From: Gammaproteobacteria bacterium
GTDB taxonomy: Bacteria > Pseudomonadota > Gammaproteobacteria > GCA-001735895
Direction of reading: 5' to 3'
Assembly: GCA_050298595.1 (NCBI GenBank)
Contig: JBNKUM010000055.1
Location: forward strand, 1 to 17,419
DNA: 17,419 nt
The stretch's first letter is position 1; every line of letters starts with the position of its first letter. Positions 1-8,994 of this stretch are shown here, in pieces. A program made the translations under genes and the position numbers. Below the pieces are notes generated by a model. That model was not told the origin of the DNA, searched no databases, and saw only the letters and a list, made by a program, of their open reading frames with translations.

Positions 1-838
1 TCAGGTGGGATCAAGAAATGTTCCTACGGTTTTTAACGCTGCATTTCAACGCGTCTTTTTCTGGGATGGTCGCGCTGGGTCGTTAGAAGAACAGGCTAAA
101 GGGCCTATTCTCAATCCGATAGAAATGGGCATGCCTTCGCATCAGCATGTAGAAGTTAAACTACGAGCTATCGATGAATACCAGAGTCTGTTTAAGCAGG
201 CTTTTGCAGAAGATGATGCAATCACATTTGATAATATTGCAAAAGCGATAGCAGCCTATGAACGTACCCTTATAACACCCAATACTCCTTTTGACCGTTT
301 TGTAAGGGGGGATGAAAGCGCATTAACTGAACAACAGCTTCGAGGTATGGCATTATTTGAATCAAGTGGATGTATACATTGCCACTCAGGACCCAATTTT
401 AGCGAGGCTAGTATATTCAGCGTCAATTCGGCGTATAGAATATTTCCTTCGATAGAAAATACTGAGTTTGAAACGAAATATAATCTGGTAAATGATCAGG
501 GGATGGCTGAAGGTTCAACGGAGACGGATAGAGGGATATGGCGAGTGCCATCATTGAGGAATGTCGCGATATCAGGACCTTATCTACATAATGGGTCAGT
601 AGATGAGCTGGAAGAAGTGGTTCGCATTATGTCGCGTGTTCAGCTTGATATGCGGTTATCAAATGGCGTTCAAAAGCCGAAAGCCATTTACTGGTCAAGT
701 GCGGATAAAAAATTATCGGTTAAGGATGGGAATGTGTTAACAGATAAAGATGTATCTGATATTGCGGCATTTTTGAGATCATTGACGGCTGATGAGTTAG
801 GGCCTGTTAACACTAATGTTAACAGGCCCTTAGGGTGA
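1..838 (+). CDS. Di-heme cytochrome c peroxidase (CCP/MauG family), 5'-truncated by window edge
   Basis: Motifs RNVPTVFNAAF, FFWDGRAGSLEEQAKGPILNPIEMG, heme motif CIHCH, RVPSLRNVAISGPYLHNGS. The frame is open from the window start and the first CxxCH lies outside the window. Confidence 0.92.
   Translation, partial: QVGSRNVPTVFNAAFQRVFFWDGRAGSLEEQAKGPILNPIEMGMPSHQHVEVKLRAIDEYQSLFKQAFAEDDAITFDNIAKAIAAYERTLITPNTPFDRFVRGDESALTEQQLRGMALFESSGCIHCHSGPNFSEASIFSVNSAYRIFPSIENTEFETKYNLVNDQGMAEGSTETDRGIWRVPSLRNVAISGPYLHNGSVDELEEVVRIMSRVQLDMRLSNGVQKPKAIYWSSADKKLSVKDGNVLTDKDVSDIAAFLRSLTADELGPVNTNVNRPLG
800..829. mobile_element. 30-bp palindromic IS/MITE footprint (fused terminal IRs) with TTA direct repeats
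   Basis: GGGCCTGTTAACA-CTAA-TGTTAACAGGCCC is a perfect 13-bp IR, flanked by TTA at 797-799 and 830-832. Confidence 0.6.
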
Positions 839-843
839 TTATC

Positions 844-2448
844 TTAAGCAACCCTGGATATACTAAGCTGACTTGCCAGATACTCTTCATAAGTACCCTG
901 AAAGTCATGGATTTTTTTATCCTTGATTTCAATCACTCGGGTTGCCAGTGAAGATACAAACTCGCGGTCGTGGCTGACAAAAATAACGGTGCCATCGTAG
1001 TTGGCCAGCGCCTGGTTAAGCGCTTCAATCGATTCCATATCCAGGTGGTTGGTCGGTTCATCGAGAATCATGATATTGGCTTCCGACATCATTAACTTGC
1101 CGAACAGTAAACGATTTTTTTCACCACCAGAACAAACCTTAGCTTTCTTTTTCGAGTCGTCTGCAGTAAACAGTAAGCGTCCCAGGAAGCCGCGTACCAT
1201 TAGCTCATCGTGCTTTGGTTTGCGCCATTGCGACATCCAGTCAAACAGCTCCAGATTGTTGTCGAATTCCGACGTGTTATCCTGCGGGCAATAAGCGATA
1301 TTGGCATTTTCTGACCATTTGATAATGCCCTGATTGGCTTCTATCTCATTCATCAGACAACGTAGCAGGGTGGTTTTACCGCAACCGTTTTCACCGATTA
1401 TGGCGAGACGGGATCCTGCTTCAAGAATAATATCGCCACCTGAAAACAATGACTCTCCATCAAATCCATGTGCCAGATTTTCCAGCACCAGTGCCTGGCG
1501 ATGGAGTTTCTTTTCCTGTTTAAAGGTGATGTAAGGCGTCATGCGGCTGGATGGTTTTACTTCGTCCAGTTTAATCTTTTCCATTTTCTTGGCGCGCGAA
1601 CTGGCCTGTTTGGCTTTGGACGCATTGGCGGAAAAGCGGTCGACAAACTGTTGTAACTCAGCAAGTTCTGCGCTCTTTTTCGCGTTAGATGATTGCAGCT
1701 GTTCACGGATCAGGGTGGATGCCGCCATGAAGTCTTCATAGTTACCAGGGTAGATACGTAACTCGCCATAATCGATATCCGCCATGTGCGTGCATACCGA
1801 GTTCAGGAAGTGACGATCATGCGAGATGATTATCATGGTGGATTTGCGTTGACTGAGTATATCAGCCAGCCAGTTGATGGTGTGTATATCCAGGTTGTTG
1901 GTCGGCTCGTCCAGTAGCAGGATGTCAGGGTCGGCAAACAGTGCCTGTGCCAGCAGCACACGCAGCTTCCAGCCGGGGGCAACCTGACTCATTAAACCAT
2001 AATGAAAGGATTCTTCTATACCGGCTTGCAGCAAGATCTCACCCGCACGGCTTTCTGCGCTGTAACCATCCATTTCGGCAAATTCACCTTCCAGGTCAGC
2101 CACCTTCATACCATCTTCTTCCGACATTTCGGGTAATGAATAGATTCGGTCACGTTCCTGCTTGACCTTCCATAATTCAGCATCCCCCATGATCACGGTA
2201 TTAATGACGCTGTATTCTTCAAAGGCAAATTGATCCTGACTTAACACGCCCATTTTTTCGCCGGGCGTGATGGATACGTTGCCGGAAGAGGGTGCCAGTT
2301 CGCCGCTCAGTATTTTCATCAGGGTCGATTTTCCACAACCGTTTGCACCGATCAGGCCATAGCGATTGCCATTGCCGAACTTGGCTGAAATATTTTCAAA
2401 TAATGGCTTCGCGCCAAACTGCATGGTGATGTTTGCGGTGGAAATCAA
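844..2448 (-). CDS. ybiT: ABC-F family ATPase (ribosome-associated), YbiT-like
   Basis: Two ABC domains (GANGCGKS and GENGCGKT; [11 protein letters not shown] and [10 protein letters not shown]), no TM segments, N-terminus [22 protein letters not shown] typical of YbiT. TTG start. Confidence 0.93.
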   Translation of the reverse strand: MISTANITMQFGAKPLFENISAKFGNGNRYGLIGANGCGKSTLMKILSGELAPSSGNVSITPGEKMGVLSQDQFAFEEYSVINTVIMGDAELWKVKQERDRIYSLPEMSEEDGMKVADLEGEFAEMDGYSAESRAGEILLQAGIEESFHYGLMSQVAPGWKLRVLLAQALFADPDILLLDEPTNNLDIHTINWLADILSQRKSTMIIISHDRHFLNSVCTHMADIDYGELRIYPGNYEDFMAASTLIREQLQSSNAKKSAELAELQQFVDRFSANASKAKQASSRAKKMEKIKLDEVKPSSRMTPYITFKQEKKLHRQALVLENLAHGFDGESLFSGGDIILEAGSRLAIIGENGCGKTTLLRCLMNEIEANQGIIKWSENANIAYCPQDNTSEFDNNLELFDWMSQWRKPKHDELMVRGFLGRLLFTADDSKKKAKVCSGGEKNRLLFGKLMMSEANIMILDEPTNHLDMESIEALNQALANYDGTVIFVSHDREFVSSLATRVIEIKDKKIHDFQGTYEEYLASQLSISRVA

Positions 2449-2560
2449 TGGGGTATACCTGGGGTGCCTGTAAAGAAGATAAATAATGAAGATCGCTGCC
2501 GGCCAATAAGAGACGCTCAGCGGGGGCGCACTTTAATGAATTTGACCCTGAAAGTCGAGT

Positions 2561-2598
2561 AAAACCCCATATTACCGACTAAAAGCGGCATTATGGGG
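2561..2598 (-). terminator. Probable intrinsic terminator downstream of rdgC
   Basis: On the minus strand CCCCATAATGCCG-loop-CGGTAATATGGGG followed by TTTT. Confidence 0.55.
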
Positions 2599-2652
2599 CG
2601 TTGTTTACCTGTTTAAGGTCCGTGTTGCGGTACTTGAGCCTGGGTTGAATGC

Positions 2653-3573
2653 TTATTCAGCCTGACGCGAGTCATCTTCCCCACCAAACGCAGGGATGAG
2701 TGCCTTGAAAAATTCCGATAGCTCCAGCGTCATGATGGAGAATTCGATATCGAATTGTTGGGCCACATCTTCAGCTTCTGCTTCATTGGCTTTTTCATGC
2801 ACGATATCGGTGAACTTCAATCTTTTAATATTCAGCTTTTCATCGATGATGAAGTTGATACGTTCCTGCCAGCACAGCGCGAGCTTGCTCACATGCATAC
2901 CACTTTTAAGGTGGTTGAGAATCTCGGTGGTGCCCAGATCATGATTTTTACAGCGGATAATGCTGTGAATATCGGCATTGTCACGCAATTCACATTCCTC
3001 TCCCAGCACAAAGTTGTGCGTGGGATTGCCACTATTAACCCACTGCGTCATGACCTCTATCGGTACATTCTTGGGCGCTAGAGGAATCAATGATAAAGGG
3101 CCAACTGCTGAGCGCAGTTCGTGTAGTAGGTCTTCCGCGCGCTGGGTGGATGATGAATCGATCAGTAACATATTGTCACGTAAGGAGATATAGGCAAAGT
3201 TCAGGCTTGATCGAACAAAAGCCTTGGGCAACATGCTGAAGGTGATTTCATCCTTCATCGAAATGCGTTCTTTGCGCGATAGTTTGCGTGCCTCGGTCTG
3301 TTCAATGTGCAGAATTTTTTCTTCCATAGCTTCGCGAATAACTGCGGCAGGGAGTATCTTATCCTGACGCTTTAAACAAACCATCAGATAGTCATTAACC
3401 GAATGCACAAATTCACTGCCATGACGACCCAATGGGGGCACCCAGCCGGAGCGGGTCAAATCCTGACTACCACAGGGCTCGAAGCTGTGTTCAGTGAGAA
3501 AATCGTTAAGCGATTGCGCCGTTAATTCGCAGGGTTTGGTAAAGCGGTATGCCTGTATGTTCTTGAACCACAT
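2653..3573 (-). CDS. rdgC: Recombination-associated protein RdgC
   Basis: MWFKN..YRF start, GWVPPLG, KILPAAVI, 306 aa, C-terminal AFGGE: all typical of RdgC. Confidence 0.95.
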   Translation of the reverse strand: MWFKNIQAYRFTKPCELTAQSLNDFLTEHSFEPCGSQDLTRSGWVPPLGRHGSEFVHSVNDYLMVCLKRQDKILPAAVIREAMEEKILHIEQTEARKLSRKERISMKDEITFSMLPKAFVRSSLNFAYISLRDNMLLIDSSSTQRAEDLLHELRSAVGPLSLIPLAPKNVPIEVMTQWVNSGNPTHNFVLGEECELRDNADIHSIIRCKNHDLGTTEILNHLKSGMHVSKLALCWQERINFIIDEKLNIKRLKFTDIVHEKANEAEAEDVAQQFDIEFSIMTLELSEFFKALIPAFGGEDDSRQAE

Positions 3574-3621
3574 ATAAAGTGTATAGCCTCAATATTTTCA
3601 TGGATGGGAAGGGGTTTATCA

Positions 3622-3634
3622 GGCGCGCATTCTA
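3622..3634 (-). promoter_or_regulatory. Putative sigma70 -10 element with GC-rich discriminator for rdgC
   Basis: Minus strand TAGAAT followed by GCGCGCC, about 50 nt upstream of the start. No clear -35. Confidence 0.35.
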
Positions 3635-3995
3635 TCAGTACTAATATTCCGTGTGTTTATAAATTATATCTGTATGAAAATTGACAAAGTCGTGAAAATT
3701 TTAACTTTCTAAAAAGTGTGGATAGTGATTAATCCAACAGTTATTATTTTATTGGTGTATAGATAAAATTAATTAACTTAATTATTTGATATTTAAGTAA
3801 AAAAATTGTACAGAGTGAAATTTTTATAAATTGTTTTATGCGACCAATTTAATCCACAAAGATTCAATTCAATTTAAATTTAATTGATCCATGCTAATCA
3901 GGCCAGTAAATGGAACAATATTGATTGAGGTGCCTCCTGTATTGCACTAAAATTCAATTCTTTTTATCTAACCAATCAATAATTCGGAGTACTCT

Positions 3996-4289
3996 ATGAA
4001 AAAACAAAATGCTGATCAAGGCCGTCGTTCAATCCTGAAAGGGTTGATGGGCATTCCTGTAATTGCTGTTGCTGGCTTCCAGACTTCTGCACAGGCTGCA
4101 ATGGTCGATGTCAATGATCCAACTGCAAAAGCACTGAAATACACAGAAACTAGCACTGTAGATGGTAGCTCTTGCTCTAACTGTGTTTTGTTTTCTGGTG
4201 GTACTGCTGATGCAGGCCCTTGTGCAATCTTCCCCGGTAAAGAAGTTAAGGCAACGGGCTGGTGTGCTTCTTACGCTAAGAGGCCTTAA
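3996..4289 (+). CDS. High-potential iron-sulfur protein (HiPIP) with Tat signal peptide
   Basis: GRRSILKG twin-arginine motif, AQA cleavage site, DPTAKALKY, four Cys in CSNC..GPCAIFPGK.V...GWCASY. GGAG RBS at 3986-3989. Confidence 0.95.
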   Translation: MKKQNADQGRRSILKGLMGIPVIAVAGFQTSAQAAMVDVNDPTAKALKYTETSTVDGSSCSNCVLFSGGTADAGPCAIFPGKEVKATGWCASYAKRP

Positions 4290-4309
4290 GCTTAAGCTTA
4301 TTGCACTAC

Positions 4310-4351
4310 AAAACTGGCTTTTCGGGATTTTCCTGGAGCCAGTTTTTTTTT
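4310..4351 (+). terminator. Intrinsic terminator after HiPIP
   Basis: AAAACTGGCT...AGCCAGTTTT stem followed by a long T run. Confidence 0.85.
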
Positions 4352-4894
4352 GCCTGCAGAAAAATGCTGATAACGGTTTTCTTAGCATAAAGTCAAGCTA
4401 TATCAAAGCTTTGCGCCGATCGGCGTAAACACTCAAGAAGTTGCTATGCCGATTTTTCAGGGTGTTGCTCAAAGTGTCAGCACATACATACTATTCCCGG
4501 AGAGCTGCCTAGCTCTAGCCCAAAATTCAGAATACTGATCAGCCCTCGGGTAAAAAAATATCTGGCAACATGTTCCGAGCTTATTGAAATCATATCGCTA
4601 TGACTGAGTAGTCATAGACTACTCACCTGTGAATCAGACTCGATATGGTAATGCGCTGGTTTTCTTCCGGCCCTGGCGAGTGTGACGTCAAGTTTGCTGC
4701 GGATCGACGGCGCGCCATGCAGCAGACTATCCACTCTTATCGGTACAGAGTTTCCCTGCTCAACGATTTTACCAGTCCAGTGGATGGTCCTTAGGAGAAG
4801 TGACGTAGAGCTTTTTACTATAATGCTTTCATGGGTCTCTATATGTGTTTCAGGGTAAAGCCTTAAAAACTCCATGATGGCTTGAGGGGCGAAA

Positions 4895-5080
4895 TTGACC
4901 GAAGAGGCTGGCGAAGTGCCAATGGTAATAAGTGGAGCAGCGATTATCTGGGGCGAAAAAGATATCGCTGCAACTCCTGGCTATTGTGAAGTTGGGCTGA
5001 CCAATGAGTCGCCAAATGAGCCAGCATCCCTGATAATTGTGGATGAAAAGCTGCTACACCAATATCTGGGCATTTATTAA
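4895..5080 (+). pseudogene. Probable C-terminal remnant of a gentisate 1,2-dioxygenase-like cupin
   Basis: WGEKDIAATPGY..LTNESPNEPASL...DEKLLHQYLGIY resembles the C-terminal cupin of gentisate dioxygenases. It lies directly upstream of an FAH hydrolase and has no N-terminal part. Confidence 0.5.
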
Positions 5081-5107
5081 TAATATTGTTTCAAGAGAGA
5101 AAACAAC

Positions 5108-5806
5108 ATGTCGAACAAATTTGTATTTCCTGAACCGGCTACATCCACAGTTCCCGTTGAAGGTAGTGATGCACTTTTTCCGGTCAATCGAATTTTCTGT
5201 GTGGGTCGTAATTACCATGCACACGCAGCCGAAATGGGTGTGAGCATCGATAAGACCAGGCAGCAACCTTTTTACTTCACCAAGCATCCATCGGCGATTG
5301 TGGCCAGTGGCAGTCATATCGATTACCCCCCTCAGACTGAAAATTATCATTACGAGATGGAACTGGTTGTAGCGATTGGTAAAGCCGGATTTTGTGTTAG
5401 CGAAGATCAGGCCAATGATATGATCTTCGGTTATGCCTGCGGACTGGATATGACACGTAGAGACCTTCAGCTCGTAGCGCGTGAAAATAGACACCCCTGG
5501 GATCTGGGTAAAGACTTTGAACAGTCAGCGGTGATCTCGTCTATCGTACCTGTTGAAAAAACAGGTCTGATTGAGTCGGGCAGTATTGAATTATCGGTGA
5601 ATGGCGAAGTAAAGCAAAAATCAGATATCGAAAAACAGATCTGGAATATCAATGAAATTCTGGTTCATCTATCCAAATTCTATCATCTGCAAGCAGGCGA
5701 CCTGATATATACCGGGACACCAGAGGGTGTAGGCCCTGTGGTTGCTGGCGATGTTATCAAAGGCTCTGTTGAAAGAGTAGGTCGTATTCAATTGACCATC
5801 AAATAA
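5108..5806 (+). CDS. Fumarylacetoacetate hydrolase family protein (fumarylpyruvate hydrolase-like)
   Basis: RIFCVGRNYHAHAAEMG, YHYEMELVVAIG, GLDMTRRDLQ, GDLIYTGTPEGVG. Confidence 0.92.
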   Translation: MSNKFVFPEPATSTVPVEGSDALFPVNRIFCVGRNYHAHAAEMGVSIDKTRQQPFYFTKHPSAIVASGSHIDYPPQTENYHYEMELVVAIGKAGFCVSEDQANDMIFGYACGLDMTRRDLQLVARENRHPWDLGKDFEQSAVISSIVPVEKTGLIESGSIELSVNGEVKQKSDIEKQIWNINEILVHLSKFYHLQAGDLIYTGTPEGVGPVVAGDVIKGSVERVGRIQLTIK

Positions 5807-6038
5807 TGAACTAGAGCCCCTTTCAAATGCATAAAAGGTTCTCATGCCAATAGGGAAATTATTTATCTTATTTTAAAATGCTGGTGAGTTTTGTAGATCA
5901 TTAGCATGGATGTTTAAAAGTTCTACCTGGTTCACGATGTCTGGATTTCACATTGTTTAACATTTGCCCTCTAGCTATGGTGCCCTGAACAGGGTGTCAT
6001 AGAGATATCAAAATCAAAGCAGTCAGTGGAATCTTTAA

Positions 6039-6173
6039 ATGCAAGCAGTGAGTAATATTTTTAAGTGGTCGGTTTATGCAGTTACCTTCGTGGGTGTGCT
6101 GACGGTGGGTGGTGTTGTGGGCTTCTGGTTAAGTATAGAAACGCTAATCTTATTGATGGGTGTTGCTGCTTAA
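6039..6173 (+). CDS. Putative 44-aa small membrane protein (not in ORF track)
   Basis: ATG..TAA frame MQAVSNIFKWSVYAVTFVGVLTVGGVVGFWLSIETLILLMGVAA, strongly hydrophobic. Weak RBS. Confidence 0.4.
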   Translation: MQAVSNIFKWSVYAVTFVGVLTVGGVVGFWLSIETLILLMGVAA

Positions 6174-6255
6174 CTACTTTTGTTAAAGGGCGGAGTTAAT
6201 CGATCATTTAGAGCCAGTTATTCTTCATTTACCAGTTTTCTAGTGGCATCCTTAT

Positions 6256-6643
6256 TTAGATGCCACTCTTTTCATACCAGAATTTTGGAAAACTCTGTCC
6301 TGTCCTAACCAACCACTTTTTGAAGTCAGATTTTAGTACCGCTTCATCAGTCAAAATAATCTTCATTTTCTTCCGCGACATTTATTAAATGGGCCAGGAT
6401 TGCTGCTTTTAAAATTATGGGACCTTCAAATTCTATGACGGTGTAGCCAATATAGGGATATGACAGAAGATCGTCTTTAGAGTCCATCCATTTTGGATTT
6501 TAGCTTTGCATCCACAGTCCCTGTTTAATGACACCATTTGCAAGTTTTTTAGCGACCAGGACATCATGCTCTAAGGTTTCTCTGCCCCAGAGACTGACCA
6601 CATCCCAGAATTTATATGATTCTACGTATATCCCTTCATTCAT
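6256..6643 (-). pseudogene. Decayed hypothetical gene (in-frame stop plus frameshift)
   Basis: MNEGIYVESYKFWDVVSLWGRETLEHDVLVAKKL..MQS*(TAA 6500-6502)NPKWMD..YPYIGY..AHLINVAEE, then another frame near 6365 continues IILTDEAVLKSDFKKWLVRTGQSFPKFWYEKSGI*. Confidence 0.65.
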
Positions 6644-6712
6644 GATTTTTCCAGGGTACCTCTGAACAATTATGATGTGTCTCTGGGAAGTAAGTGAAAA
6701 ACTTGCTGCAGG

Positions 6713-7204
6713 TTATGCACGCTTTTCATTTTTCCACTTTAGGTAGAGTGAAATATCACTCCACACAGCCCCTGTTGCATAAAGAGCAATAGCTAGAAAT
6801 GCTACATACGCGCCAATTTCTCGGCGATCAGCAAAAAATGTGGATGCGAAATCGACGACAAAAAGTGAACCAGCTAAAAAGAATGGTTCGAGAAACCTGA
6901 TTGTTAAATCAACTCCTCCATTGGCCTTCCAACTGTTAATCCCTATAAGCAATAGTGGCCAGATGAACGCCAAAACACTGATCCAGCTTCCAGGGTCTGA
7001 AGCTACAAAATGATTAAGCACGTAGATTTTCTCTTCTCGTGTTGAAGCGTTTTCTTTAGAGTCCTCACTCGTTGATAATGAGTAACTGTCGATTGTTGAA
7101 TTCGGTTGAACTGAGACGGTGCATGTAGACATTGGAAGTGAAATGCTTAGTAGCAATAAAATAGCTCCAATGGCTTTCAGTATTTTAGTTGCAGTCCATT
7201 TCAT
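6713..7204 (-). CDS. Hypothetical membrane protein
   Basis: 163-aa ORF with an N-terminal hydrophobic segment and about 3 further hydrophobic segments. Confidence 0.7.
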   Translation of the reverse strand: MKWTATKILKAIGAILLLLSISLPMSTCTVSVQPNSTIDSYSLSTSEDSKENASTREEKIYVLNHFVASDPGSWISVLAFIWPLLLIGINSWKANGGVDLTIRFLEPFFLAGSLFVVDFASTFFADRREIGAYVAFLAIALYATGAVWSDISLYLKWKNEKRA

Positions 7205-7414
7205 TGTTTTATTTTAGTTTGCCTTTTTGGTGTCAAAGCTGCGCGAGTGGAGCGCTTTTTCGTAATTCTGAACAAGCCTGTTGTTATGTGCTTTTCGCAT
7301 TTATCTCTCTATATTCCCATTCATGGACTCTTTAATCAACTACAGCTTTTTATTTGTGAATTAGCTCAATGAAGTTACTATATTTCAGATTAGTTAGATA
7401 CTACGAGGAGTAAA

Positions 7415-7726
7415 ATGATTGCCAGAGAATGGAAAGCCAGATGTCCCCAGGCTCACAGGGCAGGGTTTATCAAATATCTGTACCAAACTGGAATCAAAGA
7501 TGCTTCATCGACTTCAGGTTTCAAAGGTGCTCAAATATTTACTCGTGAACTGGATGACAATTTTGAGGTGACTTTAATCACCTATTGGGAATCACTGGAT
7601 TCAATCAAGGCCTTTGCTGGTGATGATATTAATGTTGCTCGTCTTTATCCGGAGGATTACCAATACGAACTGGAACCGGATGACTTTGTGATTCATTACC
7701 AGGTAGTTGAGAATCAATGGCTATAA
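7415..7726 (+). CDS. Antibiotic biosynthesis monooxygenase (ABM/dimeric alpha-beta barrel) family protein
   Basis: MIAREWKA..TSGFKGAQI..LITYWESLDSIKAFAGDD...ARLYPED. Strong RBS GAGGAG. Confidence 0.82.
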   Translation: MIAREWKARCPQAHRAGFIKYLYQTGIKDASSTSGFKGAQIFTRELDDNFEVTLITYWESLDSIKAFAGDDINVARLYPEDYQYELEPDDFVIHYQVVENQWL

Positions 7727-7747
7727 ATAAAAGAGTTTATACAACGT

Positions 7748-8206
7748 TTACTGTTCTGATTTTGAAATTTTAAAGTGATGGTTGAACTTAAACTTTCTCC
7801 ATACGCCACGTGGCTCAGATAAATAGGGGATAAGCCATTGCGCTTTTGGATACAATGTTATTTCCCAGTCGTCTCGTGTAAAAAACTGAAACTTGACCCT
7901 GTTAGGCTGGAGGATATTTCTTAAGGTGAATGAACCCGTCCCATACGGCCATGATAAGCTAGCCCGGTCTAGAATACTTAAATCCTGATCAAGATAATGA
8001 ATATTTAAAGTATCTTCATAAGGGCAGTCATTCGTTGTAAACACGAGGTAACAATCCTGATATTTGATAGCGGCTTCAAGAATTGCGCCTTCCAGGATTG
8101 AGTCGGTAGCTGTCCCATTAATGTATATCTGGCATTTAGGTATTTCTGTTTCTGAAGCTTCAGATATTTGTTTTGTTAAGAATTCTCCGGAGTTTAGAAC
8201 ATTCAT
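7748..8206 (-). CDS. Hypothetical protein
   Basis: 152-aa ORF starting 10 nt after the lrp stop on the same strand. No recognised motif. Confidence 0.7.
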   Translation of the reverse strand: MNVLNSGEFLTKQISEASETEIPKCQIYINGTATDSILEGAILEAAIKYQDCYLVFTTNDCPYEDTLNIHYLDQDLSILDRASLSWPYGTGSFTLRNILQPNRVKFQFFTRDDWEITLYPKAQWLIPYLSEPRGVWRKFKFNHHFKISKSEQ

Positions 8207-8216
8207 TGGTTTTTAA

Positions 8217-8687
8217 TCAGCTAACAGGCAATGCCGTGGTATTAATCGGTGATTTGAGCACAAACGATGTATGCACTCCGGAAACGCCTTCAATACGGGT
8301 CAGCTTGTTTAATAAGAATTGCTGGTAGCTATCCATGTCTTCGACCACGACCTTGAGCTGGTAATCGGCAGTCTGGCCAGTGATTAGATGACACTCGAGT
8401 ACCTCGGGATAGTCTGCCAGCGTAGATTCGAACAGTACAAAACGTTCGGGGATGTGCTTATCCATGCTGATACCGATCAGGGCCATGAGTGATAGCCCGA
8501 GCTTTCTTGCGTTTAGTAGAGCAACATATCCATCGATGAGGCCGTTTTCTTCCAACATCTTGACACGACGCAGCGTGGGGGAGGGTGACAGGTTGATGGC
8601 TTCTGCCAGTTCCTGATTTGAGATGCGGCCATTTTTTTGCAGGATATCAAGGATCTGTCGATCATATCTATCAAGTTGAAGTGTCAT
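8217..8687 (-). CDS. Lrp/AsnC family transcriptional regulator
   Basis: LDRYDRQIL..LQKNGRISNQELAEAINLSPSPTLRRVK HTH plus the EVLECHLITGQ.DY RAM domain. Divergent from leuA. Confidence 0.95.
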   Translation of the reverse strand: MTLQLDRYDRQILDILQKNGRISNQELAEAINLSPSPTLRRVKMLEENGLIDGYVALLNARKLGLSLMALIGISMDKHIPERFVLFESTLADYPEVLECHLITGQTADYQLKVVVEDMDSYQQFLLNKLTRIEGVSGVHTSFVLKSPINTTALPVS

Positions 8688-8810
8688 AATATTTCCTGAA
8701 AAAATAATACATAAGAATAATATACCAATATAATTAAAATTATTAGCAGTAAATGCTTTGAAATCAATAATTCATGTGATTATTGAAATTTAATTCCAGA
8801 GCGCAGCCCT

Positions 8811-8994
8811 TATACTTTCTCCATGCCTGAAACCGGTAGCGATGCGAGTCACAAGCTCCTCCTGGCACGATTGGCCCATTAGCATCACAAGTGCTAAGCG
8901 GTAATCGTAAACCTCTGGGTTAGTCACCACACCAGAGTCGCCAGGAGTTCGCAACAGGGTTTTTATGAGCATATTCTTTTATCAGGAGTTACCC
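8811..8994 (+). promoter_or_regulatory. Leucine-responsive attenuator-like 5' leader of leuA
   Basis: Leu codons CTCCTGGC (8859-8866) complement GCCAGGAG (8940-8947) and the SD region CAGGAG (8983-8988). Hairpins TTAGCA/TGCTAA (8879-8897) and CTCTGG/CCAGAG (8913-8937). Confidence 0.65.
8823..8882 (+). CDS. Putative leuA leader peptide MPETGSDASHKLLLARLAH
   Basis: 19-codon ORF with tandem Leu codons CTC CTC CTG plus TTG upstream of leuA. TATACT -10 at 8811-8816, 6 nt before the ATG. Confidence 0.7.
   Translation: MPETGSDASHKLLLARLAH

Noticed and set aside
1001-3193. Plus-strand ORFs overlapping ybiT and rdgC
   Set aside because: Antisense shadows of well-supported genes. The same applies to ORFs opposite HiPIP, FAH, leuA, MBL and hscC.
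3884-3897. Possible FNR box TTGAT-N4-GCTAA upstream of HiPIP
   Set aside because: The second half-site matches poorly and is expected by chance in AT-rich DNA.
4286-4300. TTAAGC tandem palindrome at the HiPIP stop
   Set aside because: Too short to support a function.
4612-4875. 87-aa minus-strand ORF
   Set aside because: No recognisable motif and lies in a decayed region, so it cannot be supported as a gene.
6654-6670. GGGTACCTCTGAACAAT resembling an IS5-family end
   Set aside because: No partner IR or transposase found in the window.
8790-8972. 60-aa minus-strand ORF between lrp and leuA
   Set aside because: Antisense to the leuA leader, which explains the region better.
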